Assembly: GCA_018666575.1 (NCBI GenBank)
Contig: JABIYX010000019.1
Location: forward strand, 1-36,177
Source of the DNA: Methanobacteriota archaeon
GTDB taxonomy: Archaea > Thermoplasmatota > Poseidoniia > Poseidoniales > Poseidoniaceae
Reading direction: 5' to 3'
Length of the DNA stretch: 36,177 bases
Shown here: piece after piece, positions 8,630 through 17,690 of the stretch
How positions within the stretch are numbered: position 1 is the first letter of the stretch
Layout: every line of letters starts with the position of its first letter
The notes under the pieces: model-generated
What the model saw: only the letters and a program-made list of their open reading frames with translations
Told to the model about the DNA's origin: nothing
The model's database searches: none
Position numbers and translations under genes: made by a program

Positions 8630-9868
8630 ATGGACACCCTTGTTGAGACGCCTTGGGGCGAAGATTCTGAAGACGAAGAAGTGGTCGAACCGTCCCCTGA
8701 TGTTGAAGAAATCGACGAGATATCAAAGGATGATCCTTTGGAAGAAAAAGAAATTCATGATGTGCTCGCTCTCCCTATTCGTGCTAAACCACTCTTTCTG
8801 AATAACGAGGAAGATGTTGTTGAATTTACATTATCTGAGTCAAAAGATGGTTTAGAATCTGCTTCAATTATCGTTGGAGAAGGGTTGTTTCGGGTTGTCG
8901 AAACAAAAATGCATCAAGATGGAGTTCCACGTATCGATCTAAAGATGGCATTAGACAGTGAAGTCACTGGGTTCCAACATATTGTTGAGAAACCAACAGC
9001 GATCGAAATGGGAGTAAGTGGAGGCCTACTTCTTATTGGATTGATCTTGTGCATCTTTCCGTTTTCTTTTACGATGATTTTGGGTATTGCAACTATCTTA
9101 TTCGGAATTAAATTCGCTCCTAATTATTTAGAACGGCACCGTCTTGTATTTTCTTCCTGTGGAAACACACATGTGTATGAGATCAATCCAATCTACGTCT
9201 TTAAACCAACATTTCGGGCAAGTATGGCCTTAATCGGACCGGCATTAGCAGAATACATGAAAACAGGAGAAATTGATTCCTCCACTATTGATGAATTGCA
9301 TTTAGGTTTGAGAGCTCCGAGTCCTGCACATGAACCACTGCAAATAGCAGCGCCTCCTCAGTTGAATGAACAGATGCCTGTCGGGCCGCCAGCTCTCGTT
9401 GAAATTCCAGTTGCATCATCTTCTCCAATAATGGAAACGACTACTCCTAACATACAAACACAAACTCCAGCAGAAGTCGCACCTACAGAGGGAGAGACTG
9501 TCATAATTCCGGCGCCTCCACAGGCTATTCCGCAGCCAAACCCGCTGCCACCTCCACAGGCTATTCCGCAGCCAAACCCGCTGCCACCTCTACAGGCTAT
9601 TCCGCAGCCAAACCCGCTGCCAACTCCTCAGGCGATTCCACAACCTACTCCATTACCGCCACCACCTCAAATTGTGCCACAACCGACACCACTACCCCTC
9701 CCGCCAGCAATGCTTCCTTCACAGCCATCAATGCAGGGATTTGACACTGCATCCTTACCGTTGGATGCGCCGTTACCAGAAGCGCCTCGGATTCCTGTAG
9801 CTGCTGCTCCTCAAGAGCAAACAATTTCACAGGAAGAACAAGATGCACTAATGGATGAATTACTGTGA
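8630..9868 (+). CDS. Hypothetical membrane protein with acidic N-terminus, TM hairpin and Pro/Gln-rich tail
   Basis: Long ORF; hydrophobic GGLLLIGLILCIFPFSFTMILGIATILFG; proline repeats. ATG 8630 preferred over TTG 8612. Confidence 0.8.
   Translation: MDTLVETPWGEDSEDEEVVEPSPDVEEIDEISKDDPLEEKEIHDVLALPIRAKPLFLNNEEDVVEFTLSESKDGLESASIIVGEGLFRVVETKMHQDGVPRIDLKMALDSEVTGFQHIVEKPTAIEMGVSGGLLLIGLILCIFPFSFTMILGIATILFGIKFAPNYLERHRLVFSSCGNTHVYEINPIYVFKPTFRASMALIGPALAEYMKTGEIDSSTIDELHLGLRAPSPAHEPLQIAAPPQLNEQMPVGPPALVEIPVASSSPIMETTTPNIQTQTPAEVAPTEGETVIIPAPPQAIPQPNPLPPPQAIPQPNPLPPLQAIPQPNPLPTPQAIPQPTPLPPPPQIVPQPTPLPLPPAMLPSQPSMQGFDTASLPLDAPLPEAPRIPVAAAPQEQTISQEEQDALMDELL
9515..9658 (+). repeat. 36-bp coding tandem repeat (PPQAIPQPNPLP): 3 near-identical copies plus 1 degenerate
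   Basis: cctccacaggctattccgcagccaaacccgctgcca at 9515 and 9551, with one mismatch at 9587; diverged copy at 9623. Confidence 0.97.
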
Positions 9869-12496
9869 TCAGTTGATGCCACCTGCGGCATTCAAATCTA
9901 ATGCATCAACAAGTCGTTGAACACTCTTCGTTAAGTCTCCTAGATTCGAGGGAGATGGAAGGGGAAGTGTGTCAGCAGCAAGTGGGACTTTGACTCCTGG
10001 CCCTGGTGTGCGTTGCAATGCATTACCCAATTGTATTGAGTCCTCAAGGAAATTTCCTGTCGCTCCAGAATGACGTGCTTCGAGTCGCATCCGAATCCAT
10101 TGTTGGTATTTCGGTAATACTTGTCCAATCTTATCAATCAGTACTGCGCGTTGGTCGTTTGAATCGTCCTCAAAAGGTAAAAGACGAAGTAAAAGACGGA
10201 ACATTCGGTCAACGCGGACATCTCTCGGTTCAACCCCTACATGCTCTGCAAGCGTTCTTCTGAGATGTTTTGTATCGAGTGCTCCTTGAGCATTAAACGC
10301 CATACCATCGGAAAGGGATAGTCGATCTAAAATGGTTTGAAATGCGTTTAGTAATCGCGGATTAACAGTGGTTTCTACAATTTGTTCTTGTTTTATGGAG
10401 CGTTGTTGAACTGGTTTTTCTTGAGGTTGTTCTATAACGATGGGATTGGAAGGCTGAGTAATGACTTCTTTTTTACTTTCAATTTCTTTTACCGCAGGTT
10501 CTAGGATTTCAGGTTCTGCTTCTTCTTCCATAGCTTCAAGGATTGCTTCTTGTGCATCTTCGAGGGTCGTTTGTGGTTGAATCTTTATTGGCTTTTTTAT
10601 TGGAATTTGATTTCCTTTTTTAGGAAGGAGAACTGGCCTTTGAGTCGGCGCCCATAATGGGTAAGTGAAATCATCGTCTTCGATTGGTCGGCTCGATAAA
10701 TGACGAATAAGGGCAGGAATTTGGGTTTCGATGCCTTTGAGAGATATTGGGTTTCGAATCATCTCAGATATTTCAAGACCTTTTGTCACATCCCTTCGCC
10801 AGTCTAGGGCAGAAAGCCTTCTTTGGATTTTAGAAATGTTGGAAATTACGCCCCTAGAAGATGAAAATTGTTGAATAAATCGTCTCGGATCTGAATCTGC
10901 TAATGCGGCAAGTTCTCCAATATTCCAACCTTGAGACTCGAGTGATTGAAGTTCATGCTGTGCATTGCTAATTATTCTGGAAGAAGAATGTTCAATCTGG
11001 TGGCTTTGTCCTTGTCGTTCTATCGAAGCAATCGCTTGCTCAAAAGAGTGGAGATCGGAGAAATCTGGTTCCTTTGTCGTTTTACCCTCTCTCATGGAAT
11101 GACGCCATTCCCGCTCTAACATACGTCGATGACGGGTATTTCTTAGAGTGCGTTTCTCGATATAGTCTTCCATTTCGGATAGAATCTCTGTACCCAAGTC
11201 TGCTGTTTGAAGAAGGATTGTTCGTTGTTCAACATCTTCTTCGCCACCTAATGAAGTATCAAGATTGAACAATGAATCCATCAATTTAGACGCCTTTTCT
11301 AGATGAGGTGTGTATAATGTGAGCTCTGCTAAAGCAGACCGGGGCTCTTCAGTAGCTTTGTATCGCCAAATGTCCAAGTCGAATCCGTATTGTTCCCAGT
11401 GTTCAATAATTGAAGCAGTCTGAAGTTCAAGGTTTGTCCATTCTTGTTCTAGCTCCTCTATTTTCTCAAGAAATGTTTCTGTGTGCTCAAGTTTACCAGC
11501 AATATTCTGGATTTCGTTATTCTCTAATTCCCAGGATTTGGAAATCATCTCCCATCGTTCCATAGCAGTAGAGTGAATATTGAACGATTGTTCAATCTCT
11601 GGCAACATATGCTCCCACTCAAGTAATTCAGACGGTTCAATTCGAGTGGTTGAATGATAAGTGAATCCCAAGTTGTTCCAATTTGCTAGAATTCCATTCA
11701 TTTCTGCAAGACGTTCTTTGAGATGGTGAGTGATTGTCTGGATATTCTTCTCAATCTTTTCCATCGATTCTGAATCCTCAATTTCAAGATCATGTGCTCG
11801 TTTTTCCAGTTTTTCAGAGAGTATTGGGTCGAAGGGTTGAATGGAGTTTTTTATCTCTAGCAAAATGTATTCTTTGCGATCGGAAATTGTTTGATAGTGT
11901 TCTACCTTCGAAAGTTGTTCGATAAAATTCCCTTTTGGTTTCTCGATATCGAACCCTTGTTTGAGCAAGGTAGATACTGCTTCATCCAACATTAGTCGCT
12001 GTCGTGCTTCGCTTTCTTCTATTTTGGAAACTTCATGAAGTATTTCCTCATAGGTTTCGGGTTCTGCTAAGAATGGTGTCAACAGTTGTATTGCAGGCCA
12101 ACTCGATTCATCAAATGATGAAAATTTTTCCAACAAATCCCAATATTGATTCTCTTTCTGATGATCTGAAATCCATAGAGCATGGTATCGAAAACAAGCG
12201 GACTCCCATGGTAAATTTGTTGCACTCCATTCAACAAATTCACGTTCGACATCTTCTGTATTGAAGGGATTTGTTAGGCGGTCTCGATAAACGTCCTCCA
12301 CCTCTGCTAAAACTAGTCGCTTTCTCAATGTTTCACATCGATGAATAATTGCTTCTACATCAGCGATATCGGACAATCTGATACTCCCATTGAAATGATT
12401 TGAAATCGCTTCGTAGTCATATCCATTATCGGACCACGACGAGGCATATTCCTCTAAATCCTTGAAAGATGAAGAAGTTGTCTCATCGCTCGACAT
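9869..12496 (-). CDS. Large acidic all-helical hypothetical protein with ~95-aa internal repeats
   Basis: 875-aa ORF, Glu/Leu rich, recurring [WL]xxxG[FYW] motif; no TM segment or Walker A seen. Confidence 0.88.
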   Translation of the reverse strand: MSSDETTSSSFKDLEEYASSWSDNGYDYEAISNHFNGSIRLSDIADVEAIIHRCETLRKRLVLAEVEDVYRDRLTNPFNTEDVEREFVEWSATNLPWESACFRYHALWISDHQKENQYWDLLEKFSSFDESSWPAIQLLTPFLAEPETYEEILHEVSKIEESEARQRLMLDEAVSTLLKQGFDIEKPKGNFIEQLSKVEHYQTISDRKEYILLEIKNSIQPFDPILSEKLEKRAHDLEIEDSESMEKIEKNIQTITHHLKERLAEMNGILANWNNLGFTYHSTTRIEPSELLEWEHMLPEIEQSFNIHSTAMERWEMISKSWELENNEIQNIAGKLEHTETFLEKIEELEQEWTNLELQTASIIEHWEQYGFDLDIWRYKATEEPRSALAELTLYTPHLEKASKLMDSLFNLDTSLGGEEDVEQRTILLQTADLGTEILSEMEDYIEKRTLRNTRHRRMLEREWRHSMREGKTTKEPDFSDLHSFEQAIASIERQGQSHQIEHSSSRIISNAQHELQSLESQGWNIGELAALADSDPRRFIQQFSSSRGVISNISKIQRRLSALDWRRDVTKGLEISEMIRNPISLKGIETQIPALIRHLSSRPIEDDDFTYPLWAPTQRPVLLPKKGNQIPIKKPIKIQPQTTLEDAQEAILEAMEEEAEPEILEPAVKEIESKKEVITQPSNPIVIEQPQEKPVQQRSIKQEQIVETTVNPRLLNAFQTILDRLSLSDGMAFNAQGALDTKHLRRTLAEHVGVEPRDVRVDRMFRLLLRLLPFEDDSNDQRAVLIDKIGQVLPKYQQWIRMRLEARHSGATGNFLEDSIQLGNALQRTPGPGVKVPLAADTLPLPSPSNLGDLTKSVQRLVDALDLNAAGGIN

Positions 12497-12513
12497 GGGT
12501 TCACCTATCGTAG

Positions 12514-12552
12514 CAAAATACGGCTTAGTCTTTCAATGTGAGCCGTCTTTTG
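12514..12552. promoter_or_regulatory. Inverted repeat in divergent intergenic region
   Basis: caaaatacggct (12514-12525) and agccgtcttttg (12541-12552) are 11/12 complementary; the spacer contains TTGAAA on the minus strand. Confidence 0.5.
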
Positions 12553-12666
12553 ATGGTATTTTGTTGAAATGAGAGGGGCTGGAGATGGGCGGGCCCTTCC
12601 AAAAACGACATATGAACTGTCAATTATACCGCAGGACATAAAGGCAGACTGTGTGCTTTCAGAGTA

Positions 12667-14952
12667 ATGGAACCAATATCAATTACTTTGTTCAGTCTAT
12701 TCATCATAACTGGATGTGGGCTTGGATGGCAGATTTTTGCTGCTCGGGAGGCCCTTCAAGCAGTTGTTGATCGCACAATGGTTCTCTCTGAATCTCAAGG
12801 AGCGCATGCAAAGCAAACAACAGAGGCTGTATCTGCTCTTCAAGATAAAATTCAATCCTATGATGCCTTGATTCAAGCTTTGCGTTCAACTCAACCTGAA
12901 ATTGATAGTGGGGTTGATGCTTTTCAAAATATTCAGAATTTAAAAATCGAAGAAGAAGACCCACTCAGTTCATCGATTACTGCAATTAAATCTGTTTGTT
13001 CAATAATCTCGGTATCAGAAATTACCCCTGATCTAACCGTTATGCAAACCTCTCTTGCTGATCGTTTATTCGGAGTGTTAGAATCACGAGAAATATCTGC
13101 AGAAGCATTGCACTTAGATGGTCGCCAAGCACTTCAACTCGGAATATGCGCACTTCACCTTCAAAAATTAGATTGGGCGTCTGCTGCATTCGGAACTGCT
13201 CATCAATCCTTACCAGGTAACGACATTGTACTACAGGGATTGGAACAAATTGCTCTACTCAAATCAGATGAAGTACTACGTCAGCATTGGCTTGAAGCCA
13301 GATTGCGTAATGATCCCGACAATCCTGAATTGTTGAGAACCCAAGCACACATCCTTGTTCGTCAAGGAGACGAAGGTGCTGAAAAGGCTGTTCGTCGATT
13401 GGAGGCCTTAGGTGTTGACACTCCCGCTGACCGCTCTCTTCTGTCAGGACTTCGACATCGTGCAGGCTCTCCAAATGAGGCGATTGAAGCAATCGAGCAG
13501 GCACTGGAAGAAGACAATCAAAAACCCGATTATTGGCTCCATTATGCTCTCCTATTGAGGGGAGAAGGGGAGAATGAACGTTCTTTGGAGGCCGTTGACA
13601 GTTGCTTAAATCTTGATCGGCAGGTTGGAGATGCGTGGGCTCTTCGAGCAGAACTCCTCAGCACCCGTAACGGTCGTGAGGCTGAGGCGTTGAAAGCTGC
13701 TATTCACGCTGTTGCGCTTGAATGTGGTGGTGCAAAAATCATCCTATTGAAGGCAGACCTTCTAGCAGAAAGTGGTGATTTAATTGGTTCTGAAACATGT
13801 CTTGAACAGGCTGTCGAGAAATATCCAATGGATCCTGAATTACGCAGTATTGTAGCCTCGAGAAGATTGGCAGAAGGTCGAATTGATGCGGCCCAGGCAT
13901 TGCTTGATAATACGCCGCAAATAATTGATCATCCTGAACTTCATATCGTAGAGGGCCGACTTCATCTTGCTCGAGCCGATCGAACAAGAGATGGAACTGG
14001 TGAGACTGATAAACTTCTACTTTCTTCTGCAATTGAGTCATTCAACGCAGCGTTGTCTATGAATAGAGAACTTGGGGTTGCATGGCTGGGGCTTGCTCGA
14101 ACACAACGATTGTTGAAGAATACTGATGAAGCCAACGAGTCTCTTGTTCGTGCACGAAGATTGTTAGGTGACACTGAAGCATCTGTATCTGTAGAATCTG
14201 CACTTCTTGCAATTGATATGGATGACTTGAATGCTGCTACTCGCTACATTGATGCTGCTGGAATCCAAGGAACTAGCACGACAATTTCGTATGTTCGAGG
14301 GAATATTGCAATTCGACTCGGAGAACTTGATCGGGCTGTCAGTCTTTACAATGAAGTCCTAGAGGAGAATCCTAAGCATATTCGAGCCCGTCTAAATCGT
14401 ATCAGTTGTCATTTAGCATTGAATCAAGCAGTCGAAGCAAAAAGCGATGCTGTGACGCTTCTTTCTCTCGCTCCTGAATTAACTGTTGCAGTGTTCGCGC
14501 GTGCTGATGCTCAATCGAGACTCGGTGAATGGGAGGATGCGAAAGATGGGTTCAAGACTGTTATAGAAAAAGCGCCTCATCACCATCAAGCGCTTACCAA
14601 ACTTGCAGCATGTTACATCGCTCTTGATCGACATGAACGCGCTGAAGCACCTCTAAACGAGGCTCTTCGTATCGCCCCGGAATTTAGTGATGCATGGCAT
14701 CAACGAGGGTTGCTCTATCTTGAATGGGATCGACTAGAAAATGCCCTTGGAGACTTTGAAGCCGCTATTCGTGCCGACGGAAACCACCTTGAAGCAAGAC
14801 TTCGTGCTGCTGCAATCCATCATACTCATGGAAAAGTCGACATGGCTTCCGCTGCTTGGAGAGGGATACTTGCAATTGAGCCCGACCACCCAGTGGCTCG
14901 AGCGAGACTCAATGAATGTGAGCAGCAGTTGGCAACAACAACCACACGATGA
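12667..14952 (+). CDS. Membrane-anchored tetratricopeptide repeat protein
   Basis: N-terminal hydrophobic helix, coiled-coil stretch, then many TPR units (AWHQRGLLY..ALGDFEAAIRAD, A..ALS.N.ELGVAW.GLA). Confidence 0.9.
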   Translation: MEPISITLFSLFIITGCGLGWQIFAAREALQAVVDRTMVLSESQGAHAKQTTEAVSALQDKIQSYDALIQALRSTQPEIDSGVDAFQNIQNLKIEEEDPLSSSITAIKSVCSIISVSEITPDLTVMQTSLADRLFGVLESREISAEALHLDGRQALQLGICALHLQKLDWASAAFGTAHQSLPGNDIVLQGLEQIALLKSDEVLRQHWLEARLRNDPDNPELLRTQAHILVRQGDEGAEKAVRRLEALGVDTPADRSLLSGLRHRAGSPNEAIEAIEQALEEDNQKPDYWLHYALLLRGEGENERSLEAVDSCLNLDRQVGDAWALRAELLSTRNGREAEALKAAIHAVALECGGAKIILLKADLLAESGDLIGSETCLEQAVEKYPMDPELRSIVASRRLAEGRIDAAQALLDNTPQIIDHPELHIVEGRLHLARADRTRDGTGETDKLLLSSAIESFNAALSMNRELGVAWLGLARTQRLLKNTDEANESLVRARRLLGDTEASVSVESALLAIDMDDLNAATRYIDAAGIQGTSTTISYVRGNIAIRLGELDRAVSLYNEVLEENPKHIRARLNRISCHLALNQAVEAKSDAVTLLSLAPELTVAVFARADAQSRLGEWEDAKDGFKTVIEKAPHHHQALTKLAACYIALDRHERAEAPLNEALRIAPEFSDAWHQRGLLYLEWDRLENALGDFEAAIRADGNHLEARLRAAAIHHTHGKVDMASAAWRGILAIEPDHPVARARLNECEQQLATTTTR

Positions 14953-14991
14953 AAAGCGAAGACCTAAGAATTAGGTCGTCAGGCACGTAGT

Positions 14992-15531
14992 ATGACCCTT
15001 CAAGTTGGAGACAAAGCGCCTGATTATTCACTGAAAAACTCAAACCTAGAAGTAGGCGGAGAAACACTTTCACTCTCAAATTCCTTGAATGAGAACGGCT
15101 GTGTTGTCGTATTCGAATGCAATCATTGCCCATACGTCGTTGCTAGCGTAGACCGAATTAACGCCATGTCTGACTACTGCAGCGAGCGAGAGATTGGGTT
15201 TGTCGGGATTAATTCAAATGACCCTGTTAATTATCCTGCGGATTCGTTTGAAAATATGGTAAAGCGTGCTCAGAAAGGCATGCCATATCCATACCTCCAT
15301 GACCCAACGCAGGTAACTGCAACAGCATGGGGTGCAGAAAGAACTCCAGAATTTTTCTTGTTAAATTCAGAAGGCATTGTCGTATATCATGGACGCATGG
15401 ACGATAGTCCTCGAGATCCTACACAGGTTACAACATCTGAATTGAAAGATGCTATTGATGCAATGGTTTCTGGCGTTACCCCTGCAGTAGTTTCAACTGA
15501 ATCAATCGGTTGTTCTGTTAAGTGGAAGTGA
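14992..15531 (+). CDS. Thioredoxin-fold AhpC/TSA (PRX-like1) protein
   Basis: GDKAPDYSL, FECNHCPYV, INSND..YPADSF, RTPEFF, YHGRMDD, GCSVKWK. Confidence 0.93.
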   Translation: MTLQVGDKAPDYSLKNSNLEVGGETLSLSNSLNENGCVVVFECNHCPYVVASVDRINAMSDYCSEREIGFVGINSNDPVNYPADSFENMVKRAQKGMPYPYLHDPTQVTATAWGAERTPEFFLLNSEGIVVYHGRMDDSPRDPTQVTTSELKDAIDAMVSGVTPAVVSTESIGCSVKWK

Positions 15532-15535
15532 TGAT

Positions 15536-16054
15536 TTGAGCGGTTGCATTCGTCAATGTGACTGGGATGATTATGACGTGTGTAGAAGCTGTGGAACCGA
15601 CTATTCCCCTCCAAAAACCGAAACTCCTCCAAAGAAACTCAGACCGTTTCACCTTGCCTTTCCAGTAGATGATCTCACCTCAGCAAAGAAATTCTACACC
15701 GAAGTCCTTGGTTGCTCAATCGGTAGGGAAAAGGAAGAGTCGTGTGTTTTCAACTTCTATGGTCATCAAATAGTGGCTCATAAAGTAACTGAAATGCCCG
15801 ATGTTTCGGTTAGTCCCGTTGATGGAAAGGAAATACCAGCATTGCATTTTGGCCTCGTAATGGAATGGGAAGATTGGCATCAATTGAAAAATAAATTAGA
15901 ATCAAATCATACTGAATTCGTAATCGGCCCTTATACACGTTATGAAAATCAACCAGGTTCACAAGCCACGATGTTCGTCAAAGATCCATCTGGAAATCAT
16001 CTGGAATTCAAATCATTCAAAGATGATAACGCTATATTCGACACATCTTGGTAA
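15536..16054 (+). CDS. VOC/glyoxalase family protein with N-terminal 4-Cys extension
   Basis: PFHLAFPV, FYGHQIVAH, HFG, QATMF..DPSGNHLEFK; TTG start 4 nt after the previous stop. Confidence 0.88.
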   Translation: MSGCIRQCDWDDYDVCRSCGTDYSPPKTETPPKKLRPFHLAFPVDDLTSAKKFYTEVLGCSIGREKEESCVFNFYGHQIVAHKVTEMPDVSVSPVDGKEIPALHFGLVMEWEDWHQLKNKLESNHTEFVIGPYTRYENQPGSQATMFVKDPSGNHLEFKSFKDDNAIFDTSW

Positions 16055-16055
16055 T

Positions 16056-16874
16056 CTATTCGCTCTCTGTGAGTTGCTCCCTAAGCAATTCAATCTGTTG
16101 AGAAAGCTCAGTAATGTTTTGATTAATTCGACGCATTTCGGTGTTTGTTCCTTCTTCTGAATCTGCTTCTAAAGCAACAACTGTGTTCGTAAAAATAGCC
16201 ACGAACATATTCAAGAAAGTAAACGTAGTCATGAAGATGAAGACAACGAAATACGCCCCAACCCACCAGCCTTCCGTTTCAATTAAATTTCGTACAATTC
16301 CATTTGACCATGATTCCAAAGTCATAACTTGAAAGAGAGAAAATAAGGACTTTCCTAAGGACCCAAAATAAGTTGCTCCGTCGGGTCCAGAATTTTGGAA
16401 GAGGACTGTAGAGAGGACTGCAAATACGTAAATCACGACCATGAGTAAAGTGGCAACAGCTGTTAAACCTCGAACAGAATAGAATAGTGATTCTGCAACT
16501 AGTTTTAGTTCGGGAATTCTCGAAACGAGCCTGAACGCTCTTAGAACCCTGAATACTCGGAACACCCGGAATACTCCTGATGAGGGGAATAATGCTATTG
16601 CGACAATGATAAAATCAAACAAGCACCACGGATCTCGGAAGAAGTCAAATCTCATCGCATATATCTTGAACAAAATTTCTGTGACAAAAATCGACATAAA
16701 AAACCAATCGAGGTAAAGAAGAAAATTATTTCCTTTGGAACCCCAATCATATGTTTCAAAACCTATTGAAATTGAACTAGCAAGAATTGCGATGAATACG
16801 ATATTGTTAAATCGCTCAGAATCTACAATTTGACGCACTCTGGAACGTTCGATAGGAATTGTCAAATTTTGCAT
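16056..16874 (-). CDS. Voltage-gated ion channel, prokaryotic sodium channel (BacNav) family
   Basis: 6-TM pattern, FFRDPWCLFDFIIV, S4 RVFRVFRVLRAFRLVSR, filter LFQVMTLESWS, S6 LNMFVAI, C-terminal coiled coil. Confidence 0.95.
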   Translation of the reverse strand: MQNLTIPIERSRVRQIVDSERFNNIVFIAILASSISIGFETYDWGSKGNNFLLYLDWFFMSIFVTEILFKIYAMRFDFFRDPWCLFDFIIVAIALFPSSGVFRVFRVFRVLRAFRLVSRIPELKLVAESLFYSVRGLTAVATLLMVVIYVFAVLSTVLFQNSGPDGATYFGSLGKSLFSLFQVMTLESWSNGIVRNLIETEGWWVGAYFVVFIFMTTFTFLNMFVAIFTNTVVALEADSEEGTNTEMRRINQNITELSQQIELLREQLTESE

Positions 16875-17054
16875 GTCGTTCCTTATGCAAGAAAGAATAT
16901 CAACTCTTTCCCGCCGAATTTAGAAAGATTGCTTTCTTTCAATTACTTGGAAGTGCTCAGCTTAAAGCGACGGTTTATGTGAACATATTTGATTCGTGTA
17001 ACAATTAATAGCATCGTTAGGTTTATTGCCATTAATTATCGAGCGTGAATTAGT

Positions 17055-17690
17055 ATGGAATTCAATGACCTTCACGATTCTGAGAATATCTATCTCTATG
17101 CTGGTGACCTTCCAGAGGGTAATCGAGAGAATGTGCCTTTCATCGGCCTGACATTGAAGCCTGAGGCGGAATGGTGGAATGAATTCCACATTAATCACGA
17201 CGTCACAGCGATGATAGATTTGCCCGATAACAGCGTAGATATATTTCAATCAGAAGATGTTTTTGAACATATTGAATACGATCAGTTAAAATCCACCATC
17301 AACGAGATTTATCGGGTTTTAAAGCCAGGAGGTTTGTTTCGACTTTCCATGCCCGATTATCGATGTGATATTCTCTATGAAAGGTCAAAAAAGGATAAAA
17401 ATGGCAATATTATTTTTGATTGGGGTGGTGGTGGCAAGTACCACAGAAGAAAGAAAAAGGTTGTTGGTGGAGGGCATGTTTGGTTCCCAAAGTACGAAAC
17501 AACTCGGGCTTTATTGGAAAGTACAGAATTTACCGATCTCGATTTTTTGCACTATTACGACACCGATGGAACTCCAGTCCTCAACAAAATAGATTATTCA
17601 AAATGTTTAGTTGGACGGACTCCTGATTTTGATGAACGGGTTTCTTCACCGAGGCGACCGATGTCAATAGTTGTCGATTGTCGTAAATAA
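17055..17690 (+). CDS. SAM-dependent methyltransferase domain protein (type 11-like)
   Basis: LPDNSVDIFQSEDVFEHI, EIYRVLKPGGLFRLSMPD. Confidence 0.85.
   Translation: MEFNDLHDSENIYLYAGDLPEGNRENVPFIGLTLKPEAEWWNEFHINHDVTAMIDLPDNSVDIFQSEDVFEHIEYDQLKSTINEIYRVLKPGGLFRLSMPDYRCDILYERSKKDKNGNIIFDWGGGGKYHRRKKKVVGGGHVWFPKYETTRALLESTEFTDLDFLHYYDTDGTPVLNKIDYSKCLVGRTPDFDERVSSPRRPMSIVVDCRK

Noticed and set aside
9515-9658. 36-bp repeats as a CRISPR array
   Set aside because: Head-to-tail with no spacers, in frame within a CDS, and no cas genes.
9869-12496. SMC/Rad50 annotation for the 875-aa helical protein
   Set aside because: No Walker A/B, ABC signature, hinge or zinc hook.
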